Of a DNA stretch of 64,000 nucleotides, positions 18,110 to 27,413 are shown piece after piece; the first letter of the stretch is position 1, and each line of letters opens with the position of its first letter. Source of the DNA: Gammaproteobacteria bacterium (GTDB taxonomy: Bacteria > Pseudomonadota > Gammaproteobacteria > Steroidobacterales > JACDCP01); the NCBI GenBank assembly GCA_035524935.1, contig DATLFD010000003.1, positions 766-64,765 on the forward strand. The letters are read 5' to 3'. Under the pieces are notes generated by a model that did no database searches, had not been told where the DNA came from, and saw nothing but the letters and a program-made list of their open reading frames with translations. A program made the translations under genes and the position numbers.

Positions 18110-18164
18110 TATATCATTATTGCTATACTGTCGAGTCGTCCGGCAGTATATCATTATTGTTATA
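18110..18164. promoter_or_regulatory. pair of 18-bp AT-rich direct repeats enclosing a short palindrome (operator/promoter candidates)
   Basis: TATATCATTATTGCTATA (18110-18127) and TATATCATTATTGTTATA (18147-18164) match at 17 of 18 positions. TATACTG-N13-CAGTATA lies between them. The pair sits between the divergent toxin operon and the transposase. Confidence 0.45.
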
Positions 18165-18225
18165 TTCCGGTCCCGAATTGGCCCAAACGCTTGACCGGTC
18201 AAGCAAGATGGGTCATAATGATTCC

Positions 18226-19053
18226 ATGAACAAGCTATCCCTAGAGCGTCGTGCTCAGATTCTACGCTGCTTGGTCGAGGGTAACAGCATACGGTCAACA
18301 GTTCGCATGACTGGAGCGGCCAAGAATACGGTCGTGAAGCTGCTGGCGGATGTGGGCCCGGCCTGCGCCGAGTATCAGGACAGGCAGCTACGGCACCTGC
18401 CCTGCCGCCGCGTCCAGTGTGACGAAATCTGGTCATTTTGCTACGCCAAGGAGAAAAACGTCCCGGCTTCTCGGAAGGGCCAGTTTGGCTACGGTGACGT
18501 ATGGACGTGGACCGCCCTTTGCGCCGAGACCAAGCTGGTGCCGTGCTGGCATATCGGGCCGAGGGACGCCGAAGCGGCCCGCCAGTTCATCGGGGATCTC
18601 GCCGGCCGGCTGAATAACCGCATCCAGCTAACGACGGACGGCCACAGGGCCTACCTCAACGCGGTGGAAGGTGCTTTCGGCGCGGACGTGGATTACGCAC
18701 AGCTGGTCAAGGTCTACGGGGAGGCCCCGAAGTCTGCCGAGCGGAAATACAGCCCGTCAGAGTTCGTGTGTGCGTCCAAGAGCGCCGTCGAGGGATACCC
18801 AGACCCCCGGCACGTCAGCACCAGCTTTGTCGAGCGCCAGAATCTGACCATGCGAATGCAGATGCGCCGCTTCACCCGGCTGACCAATGGCTTCTCGAAG
18901 AAAATCGACAACCTGGGCCATGCGGTTTCACTACACTTCATGCACTACAATTTCGGCCGCATTCACCAGAGCCTGAGGGTTACGCCGGCCATGGAAGCCG
19001 GGGTCTCGGATCATGTCTGGTCAATGGAGGAAATTGCAAAACTGGCCGGCTGA
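18226..19053 (+). CDS. IS1-family DDE transposase (single-ORF type with N-terminal HTH)
   Basis: Frame of ORF 18157-19053. Probable start is ATG 18226 (MNKLSLERRAQILRCLVEGNSIR), just after TTGACC-N17-CATAAT (18191-18219). The blocks CDEIWSF, TTDGHRAY and VERQNLTMRMQMRRFTRLTNGFSK parallel IS1 InsB MDEQWGY, TDGWPLY and [24 protein letters not shown]. Confidence 0.75.
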   Translation: MNKLSLERRAQILRCLVEGNSIRSTVRMTGAAKNTVVKLLADVGPACAEYQDRQLRHLPCRRVQCDEIWSFCYAKEKNVPASRKGQFGYGDVWTWTALCAETKLVPCWHIGPRDAEAARQFIGDLAGRLNNRIQLTTDGHRAYLNAVEGAFGADVDYAQLVKVYGEAPKSAERKYSPSEFVCASKSAVEGYPDPRHVSTSFVERQNLTMRMQMRRFTRLTNGFSKKIDNLGHAVSLHFMHYNFGRIHQSLRVTPAMEAGVSDHVWSMEEIAKLAG

Positions 19054-19104
19054 GTTAAACTTGTGGTGGGCATTCCCGCCCATTAGCAAACATGGAGAAT
19101 TGCG

Positions 19105-19296
19105 ATGCCCCAATATCGAAAAAAGAAAGGCAATGACACATGGCACTGGTGCAGGAATTGCAGCAATTGGCCGAAGGGTACGGAAGGTGTTGATTACACA
19201 GCTACAACAGTACCGGCCGGCAAACGACCGTCCAGTGGTGAACTCGACAATGAGTGCCTTTCCAAAGAAAAGCGCGGCGATTGCACCACCGGATAA
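19105..19296 (+). CDS. small Cys-rich protein (WHWCxNCSxWP motif)
   Basis: 63 aa, MPQYRKKKGNDTWHWCRNCSNWP...GELDNEC, with GGAG 8 nt upstream of the ATG. It overlaps the convergent ORF 19194-19685 by about 100 nt. Confidence 0.5.
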   Translation: MPQYRKKKGNDTWHWCRNCSNWPKGTEGVDYTATTVPAGKRPSSGELDNECLSKEKRGDCTTG

Positions 19297-19685
19297 AGCG
19301 CAGCAAAGAAAACACGAATTGATACAGTCCAGAGGTCTCTGCGATTATCGAAGTCGATAACCGTTACTTCCTGGCCCCAAGCCGTATATTCCCGCGATAC
19401 TGTCTCTATCCCAGGCAGGCGAGCAAGCACATGGCCCCAACGGTCAAAGGCTTCGCTCGCCGCCTGATCGAGCCATAACCATAGCCCTCCATTTTGGGCA
19501 TCGTGTCCGGCGCATGATTGTAGTGTGCAAACGCCTGGGATAGCGTTCAGAAAATCGCATAACGGGACGATCTCGATGTCGGCAAAGCCCTCACCGCCAC
19601 GGCCTGCAGCGGGCAGAGCGTTACTTCGCTTTGTTTCCCATTCCCGCAGTTCTTCTGCCTTCGCTTGTGGGGTAAGGTATTTCAC
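19194..19685 (-). CDS. hypothetical protein, no family recognised
   Basis: 163-aa ORF with a GTG start immediately inside the right TIR and no obvious SD. The composition is protein-like (VPLCDFLNAIPGVCTLQSCAGHD...). Confidence 0.35.
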   Translation of the reverse strand: MKYLTPQAKAEELREWETKRSNALPAAGRGGEGFADIEIVPLCDFLNAIPGVCTLQSCAGHDAQNGGLWLWLDQAASEAFDRWGHVLARLPGIETVSREYTAWGQEVTVIDFDNRRDLWTVSIRVFFAALYPVVQSPRFSLERHSLSSSPLDGRLPAGTVVAV

Positions 19686-19706
19686 GATTCAGACTGACCC
19701 ACTACC
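19686..19706. repeat. right terminal inverted repeat (reverse complement GGTAGTGGGTCAGTCTGAATC)
   Basis: Matches the left TIR at 18 of 21 positions. Confidence 0.65.
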
Positions 19707-19714
19707 CCCCTGCG
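19707..19714. repeat. right copy of the 8-bp target-site duplication CCCCTGCG
   Basis: Identical to 16525-16532 and abuts the right TIR. Confidence 0.6.
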
Positions 19715-19729
19715 TGCGCCCCCCGCAGC

Positions 19730-19759
19730 TTGTGGATAACTGCGAGTCACAGGTATAGA
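19730..19759 (+). promoter_or_regulatory. putative dnaA promoter overlapping a perfect DnaA box
   Basis: TTGTGG (19730-19735), 18 nt, then TATAGA (19754-19759). TGTGGATAA at 19731-19739 is the exact reverse complement of the DnaA box TTATCCACA, the classical autoregulation arrangement. Confidence 0.45.
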
Positions 19760-19817
19760 CTCCACCGTTCTCCCGATTCGCACCGCCTCGAACTTTAAAG
19801 CCTTAGGAGCCCGGCCC

Positions 19818-21140
19818 GTGCAGGCGTCTCTCTGGAACAGTTGCGCAAGACAACTGCAAAACGAACTGACCGAGCAGCAATTCAACACCTGGATACGACC
19901 CCTGCAAGCCGTTGAGGAAGGCGAAGTTCTGCGCCTGCTCGCACCGAATCGTTTCGTCGTCGACTGGCTCCAGGAACATTTCTACGATCGCATTAACGAG
20001 CTCGTCTCCGCGGCTTCCGGGGAGCCCGGCACGGCGATCGTCCTACAGGTCGGCTCACGCCTGCGTCCGGAAGCCGCACCGGTCGCGTTGCCGCGCCGCG
20101 ATGCCTCGGCGGCCAGCGTCGGCAGCCGGTTGAACCCGGCGTTCACGTTCGCCAATTTCGTCGCCGGCAAAAGCAATCAGCTGGCACGCGCCGCGGCGAC
20201 GCAGGTCGCTGCGAACCCCGGCAAGGCCTATAACCCGCTGTTCATTTACGGGGGCGTAGGCCTTGGCAAGACCCACCTCATGCATGCTGTCGGCAACGCG
20301 ATGATCGGCAGCGATCCGCAGGCGCGCATTGCATATGTGCACTCCGAGCGTTTTGTCGGCGACATGGTCCGTGCGCTGCAACACAACAGGATCAACGAGT
20401 TCAAGCGTGCGTATCGTTCGCTCGACGCGCTGCTCATCGACGACATCCAGTTCTTCGCCGGCAAGGAGCGCAGCCAGGAAGAATTCTTTCACACCTTCAA
20501 TGCGCTGCTCGAAGGCCAGCAACAGGTGATCATGACCTGCGATCGCTACCCGAAGGAGGTGACAGGGCTCGAGGAACGACTCAAGTCGCGATTCGGCTGG
20601 GGGCTCACAGTCGCCATCGAGCCGCCCGAGCTCGAGACCAGCGTCGCGATCCTCATGAGCAAGGCGGCGGCGGACAATGTGCACCTTCCTGCCGACGTAG
20701 CCTTCTTCATCGCCAAGCGCATCCGCTCCAACGTGCGCGAACTGGAGGGGGCCTTGCGCCGCGTGATCGCGAACTCCCAGTTCACCGGACGCCCGATCAC
20801 CATCGAGTTCGCGACCGAAGCCTTGCGGGATCTGCTCGCCCTCCAGGACAAGCTCGTGAGCATCGAGAATATCCAGAAAACGGTGGCTGAATATTTCAAG
20901 ATCCGCGTCACCGACCTGCTCTCGAAGCGCCGCAGCCGGTCAATCACGCGGCCACGCCAGATCGCGATGGGGCTCGCCAAGGAATTGACGCAGCACAGCC
21001 TGCCGGAGATCGGCGAGGCGTTCGGCGGCCGGGACCACACGACGGTGCTGCATGCCTGCCGGCGGGTGAAGGCGCTGCGGGACACGGAACCGAGGGTGAA
21101 CGAGGACTACGCCAACCTGTTGAGAACCCTGACCGGATGA
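19818..21140 (+). CDS. dnaA: chromosomal replication initiator protein DnaA
   Basis: GTG start, 440 aa. [22 protein letters not shown] (Walker A), LLIDDIQF, and C-terminal [21 protein letters not shown]. Confidence 0.97.
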   Translation: MQASLWNSCARQLQNELTEQQFNTWIRPLQAVEEGEVLRLLAPNRFVVDWLQEHFYDRINELVSAASGEPGTAIVLQVGSRLRPEAAPVALPRRDASAASVGSRLNPAFTFANFVAGKSNQLARAAATQVAANPGKAYNPLFIYGGVGLGKTHLMHAVGNAMIGSDPQARIAYVHSERFVGDMVRALQHNRINEFKRAYRSLDALLIDDIQFFAGKERSQEEFFHTFNALLEGQQQVIMTCDRYPKEVTGLEERLKSRFGWGLTVAIEPPELETSVAILMSKAAADNVHLPADVAFFIAKRIRSNVRELEGALRRVIANSQFTGRPITIEFATEALRDLLALQDKLVSIENIQKTVAEYFKIRVTDLLSKRRSRSITRPRQIAMGLAKELTQHSLPEIGEAFGGRDHTTVLHACRRVKALRDTEPRVNEDYANLLRTLTG

Positions 21141-21350
21141 TGGGGACGGCCTGTGGACAGAAAAGCGAACCGTGGTTATGCACAGCCCGTCCACAGCTTG
21201 CAGACTTGAAGCACCGTGTTCCATCCCCCATATTTAATTTATGCAAGTATATGAAAAATAAGTACTTTTATTGATATATGCAGCGCCTGCAGCCGTCTTT
21301 AACAACGACAGATATCGTTTCGAAAAGATAACTATTAACAGGATGGGGAC
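21141..21350. other. candidate oriC / DnaA-box cluster plus AT-rich unwinding region in the dnaA-dnaN spacer
   Basis: TTATGCACA at 21176-21184 fits the TTATNCACA consensus. TGTGGACAG at 21152-21160 is 7/9 on the other strand. CCGTCCACA at 21187-21195 is 6/9. An AT-rich tract of about 50 bp at 21229-21280 stands in an otherwise GC-rich genome. Confidence 0.4.
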
Positions 21351-22451
21351 ATGAAGCTGAGCGGAGAAAGAGAGGCGCTCCTGAAGCCGTTGCAGGCGGT
21401 TATCGGTGTCGTCGAACGTCGCCAGACGATGCCGATTCTGGCCAATGTCTTGCTGGTTGCCCGACCTGACGGCACCGTCACCGTGACTGCGACCGACCTC
21501 GAGGTGGAGCTGGTAGCCAGCACGCGGCTGGATGTCGAGAAGGAAGGTGAAATCACGGTGCCGGCCCGCAAACTGCTCGATATCTGCCGTGCACTACCCG
21601 ACGACGCCAAAGTGACGCTCAGCCTGGATGGGGACAAGCTGCTCGTGCGCTCTGGTCGCAGCCGATTTACTTTGGCGACCTTGCCGGCCGCTGAATTCCC
21701 GACCGTGGAAGACATCGCGGCCAGGCAGACCGTGCAATTGGGCCAGGCTGATGCGCGCCGGCTGCTCGAGAAGACCCACTTCGCGATGGCCCAGCAGGAT
21801 GTGCGCTACTACCTCAATGGCCTTCTGCTGGAGACCGACGGCGCCATACTGCGCGCTGTGGCAACCGATGGGCACCGGCTGGCGCTCTGTGAAGTGGAGA
21901 TGCGAAGCACAGGACAGCACGCTCAGCAGGTGATCGTGCCGCGCAAGGGAGTGCTTGAGCTGCAGCGCCTGCTCGGGGGGGAAGGCGACGTCAGCATTGC
22001 CATAGGCGACAATCACATCCGGGTCGAGGTTGCAGACATCCGCTTCACGTCGAAGCTCGTCGACGGCCGATTTCCTGAATATGCGCGGGTTATCCCCCGC
22101 GGGCCGAGCCATAAGCTGACGGCGGATCGAAACCTGTTGCGCCAGGCGCTGCATCGCACAGCGATCCTGTCCAACGAGAAGTACCGCGGCATCCGGCTCG
22201 AGGTAAAGAACAACGGCGTCGTCATCCAGGCGCACAATCCCGAGCAGGAAGAAGCGGAGGAAGAAATCGAGGTCGAATACCAGGACGAGCCGCTGGAGAT
22301 CGGCTTCAACGTCAACTACCTGCTCGATGCCCTGGGCGCCATCGATTCGGACAATGTCGAGGTCGGCCTTACCGACGGCAGCAGCAGCTGCCTGATTTCC
22401 GAGCCGGCCTCGGATCGGTACAAGTACGTGGTCATGCCCATGCGGCTGTAG
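21351..22451 (+). CDS. dnaN: DNA polymerase III beta sliding clamp
   Basis: 366 aa, with MKLSGEREALLKPLQAVIGVVERRQTMPILANVLL and C-terminal YVVMPMRL. Confidence 0.97.
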   Translation: MKLSGEREALLKPLQAVIGVVERRQTMPILANVLLVARPDGTVTVTATDLEVELVASTRLDVEKEGEITVPARKLLDICRALPDDAKVTLSLDGDKLLVRSGRSRFTLATLPAAEFPTVEDIAARQTVQLGQADARRLLEKTHFAMAQQDVRYYLNGLLLETDGAILRAVATDGHRLALCEVEMRSTGQHAQQVIVPRKGVLELQRLLGGEGDVSIAIGDNHIRVEVADIRFTSKLVDGRFPEYARVIPRGPSHKLTADRNLLRQALHRTAILSNEKYRGIRLEVKNNGVVIQAHNPEQEEAEEEIEVEYQDEPLEIGFNVNYLLDALGAIDSDNVEVGLTDGSSSCLISEPASDRYKYVVMPMRL

Positions 22452-22499
22452 GCGGCTGGTTCCACGTGAAACAAATGCCTCGCCGGCCACCCCCAGCGC

Positions 22500-23567
22500 A
22501 TGACCCTCGCGCATCTCGCGGCTGAGAACTTTCGCTGCTTCGCCACCCTTGATTTCAGCCCCGACCCCGACCGGAATCTGATCACGGGCCCGAACGGGGC
22601 GGGCAAGACCAGCCTGCTCGAGGCCATCTTTTTTCTGGGCCGCGGCAGATCATTCCGGGCCGGCGAGCCGGCCACCCTGCGCCGCGACGGCAGCCGGCAA
22701 TTTACGCTGGTCGGGCAGGTCGCCCGCCGGTCGCGCCGGATTCCCGTCGGCATCCGTTTCGAGCCCGGACGGACCGAAGTGCGTATCGACGGCCGCGACA
22801 CCGCGAGCCTGGCCGAGCTGGCCTCGCTGCTGCCGGTGCAGGTGATCGAGCCGGGGGCGCACAAGCTCATTGAGGAAGGGCCGGCGCGCCGCCGGAGGTT
22901 TTTGGACTGGGGGGTGTTCCACGTGGAACCCCGGTTCCTGGACGCATGGCGCCGGTACCAGCGCGCCCTCCGACAGCGCAACGCCGGCCTCAAACAGGGG
23001 CTGACGGATGCGGCATTGCGGGGCTTCGAGAATGCGTTGATCGAGGCCGGCGAGATCGTCGGAGCATTCCGAGCCCGCCATGTCGAAGGCCTGCGGCCGC
23101 TGCTAGACGCGGCCAGCCGTCAGATCCTGACAGTGCCCGTGGAATGCGACTACGTTCATGGCTGGCCGGCCGGAAAGTCGCTTTCGGATGCCCTCGAAGA
23201 AGGGCGCTCGGCCGACCGGCGCAGCCTGACCACCCGGGCCGGGCCGCATCGGGCCGACCTGCACCTTCGCGTTCAGCATCGGGCTGCCCGTGAGCGCGTT
23301 TCGCGTGGCGAGCAGAAACTCCTGGCCGCGAGCCTCATTCTCGCTCAGGTCGACCTGCTCGCCGCGCTCGGCCACTCACCGGGTGTGCTGCTGGTCGACG
23401 ATCCGGCTGCCGAGCTCGACCGCACGCGGCTCGAGCGCTTCATGGAAGCGGTGCGGGAACGGCCCGCGCAGCTCTATGTCACTGCGCTGCAAGCCGATTC
23501 AGCGATGCTGCGGGAAGGCGCGCGGGTGTTTCACGTGGAACCAGGCGGCCGGCTCGAAATGCTATAA
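22500..23567 (+). CDS. recF: DNA replication and repair protein RecF
   Basis: GPNGAGKTSLLEAI (Walker A), RRRFLDWGVFHVEP and LLVDDPAAELD. Confidence 0.95.
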   Translation: MTLAHLAAENFRCFATLDFSPDPDRNLITGPNGAGKTSLLEAIFFLGRGRSFRAGEPATLRRDGSRQFTLVGQVARRSRRIPVGIRFEPGRTEVRIDGRDTASLAELASLLPVQVIEPGAHKLIEEGPARRRRFLDWGVFHVEPRFLDAWRRYQRALRQRNAGLKQGLTDAALRGFENALIEAGEIVGAFRARHVEGLRPLLDAASRQILTVPVECDYVHGWPAGKSLSDALEEGRSADRRSLTTRAGPHRADLHLRVQHRAARERVSRGEQKLLAASLILAQVDLLAALGHSPGVLLVDDPAAELDRTRLERFMEAVRERPAQLYVTALQADSAMLREGARVFHVEPGGRLEML

Positions 23568-26045
<2,478 letters not shown>

Positions 26046-26108
26046 CATGGACGCTAATTGTCCAGAACGTCGCCTAACTTGCCTGTAACTTGCGCGATAT
26101 AGCGCCGA

Positions 26109-26837
26109 TCAGGACAGCCTCCACGGAGCGCGGACACCGATCTCGGCCATGCGGGCCTCGATCCAGGCCCGGGCCTCCTCGTTGATATCGCGCACTTCCC
26201 GGCCGGCCGTTTCGATGGGTGGCCCGATGCACACGCGAATCGTGCCCGGTCGCTTGAGGAGCCCCCGGCGCGGCCAGAAGTCCCCGGCGTTATGCGCCAC
26301 CGGCACGAGTCGCCGCCCGGTCTTCTGCGCCAGCAGGGCGCCGCTGATGCCGTAACGCCGGGTTGTGCCGGCGGGCATGCGCGTGCCTTCGGGGAAAATG
26401 CAGACCCACAGGCCGGACTCGAGGCGCCGGCGGCCCAGGGCGAGCACTTGCTCGACCGCGGAGTGGCCGGCGCGGCGGTCGATGGCGATAGGCTTCAGCA
26501 GGGCAATGCCCCAGCCGAGAAAAGGGGCCCACATCAGCTCGCGCTTGAGCACCCAGCTCTGGGTGGGGAAAATCCGGAACTGGGCGATGGTTTCCCACGC
26601 CGACGAGTGCTTCCAGTACGCGACCCCGGGCTCTCCGCGAATGTGCTCCCGGCCCTCCACCGCGTAGTCGAGCCGGCACAAGATCCTGAGCGCCCACAGG
26701 ACGCTGTCCACCCATACGAGCGTGATGCGATAGCGGGCCCGGTAGGGCAACGGGGCGCTCGCCACCACGATCACGGCGAAAATCACCACCGACACGAAGA
26801 GGTAGCCGGTGAAGAGTATGGAGCGCAGGACCTGCAT
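26109..26837 (-). CDS. plsC: 1-acyl-sn-glycerol-3-phosphate acyltransferase
   Basis: LPLAT fold with KHSSAWET in the H(X)4D-motif position (the Asp is replaced by Glu, seen by eye), plus IFPEGTR. It occupies the classical glyQS-gmhB-plsC position. Confidence 0.8.
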   Translation of the reverse strand: MQVLRSILFTGYLFVSVVIFAVIVVASAPLPYRARYRITLVWVDSVLWALRILCRLDYAVEGREHIRGEPGVAYWKHSSAWETIAQFRIFPTQSWVLKRELMWAPFLGWGIALLKPIAIDRRAGHSAVEQVLALGRRRLESGLWVCIFPEGTRMPAGTTRRYGISGALLAQKTGRRLVPVAHNAGDFWPRRGLLKRPGTIRVCIGPPIETAGREVRDINEEARAWIEARMAEIGVRAPWRLS

Positions 26838-26842
26838 TGCCG

Positions 26843-27385
26843 CTACTGCCCTCCTGGCCGCAGCAACGCGTCGACCGCGGCGCCCAGATCGGCATAGGAT
26901 TCCACGCCCGTCCGCCGCGCCGCATCAACGCCGTTGCCCGTCAGCACGAGCATCGGCCGCGCGCCGACGGCCCGGGCCGCTTCCACGTCGCGCACCGAAT
27001 CGCCGATGGCGGGCACGCCGTCCAGCCCCACGTGGTAAGCCGCCGCTATCTGCCGGAAAAGACCCGGGCGCGGCTTGCGGCAATCGCAGCCGGCCTCGGG
27101 CGCGTGCGGGCAGAAAAAAACGCGGTCGATTTCGCCGCCCGCGGCACGCACCCGTTCCTGCATCAGGTCGTGGATCTGCGCCAGCACCGGCAGGCTCAAC
27201 AGGCCGCGGCCGATGCCGGACTGGTTGCTGGCCACTACAGCCGTCCAGCCGGCGCGATGCAACCGCGCCAGTGCGTCCAGGCTGCCGGGAAGGGGCTGCC
27301 ATTCCGCCGGCGACTTGATGAACTCGGCCGAGTCGGCATTGATGACACCGTCGCGATCGAGAATGACGAGCCGGGGGCCGCTCAC
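26843..27385 (-). CDS. gmhB: D-glycero-beta-D-manno-heptose-1,7-bisphosphate 7-phosphatase
   Basis: GTG start. LVILDRDGVIN...VVASNQSGIGRG...FFCPHAPEAGCDCRKPRPG are HAD/GmhB motifs. Confidence 0.85.
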   Translation of the reverse strand: MSGPRLVILDRDGVINADSAEFIKSPAEWQPLPGSLDALARLHRAGWTAVVASNQSGIGRGLLSLPVLAQIHDLMQERVRAAGGEIDRVFFCPHAPEAGCDCRKPRPGLFRQIAAAYHVGLDGVPAIGDSVRDVEAARAVGARPMLVLTGNGVDAARRTGVESYADLGAAVDALLRPGGQ

Positions 27386-27413
27386 CTGTGCCGCATTCGG
27401 CCGTTACAGGCCA

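Larger units (their letters stand above)
16533..19706. mobile_element. 3174-bp IS1-family-type transposon carrying passenger genes (transporter-IS-like)
   Basis: Bounded by 21-bp imperfect TIRs and an 8-bp direct repeat. The interior is visibly AT-richer than the flanks. It contains one DDE transposase with IS1-type motifs. Confidence 0.65.

Noticed and set aside
19013-19360. 115-aa + strand ORF overlapping the transposase 3' end and the Cys-rich gene; also 19525-19758 (+)
   Set aside because: No SD and no recognisable motif. They are out of frame with better-supported neighbours, so probably chance ORFs in the element.
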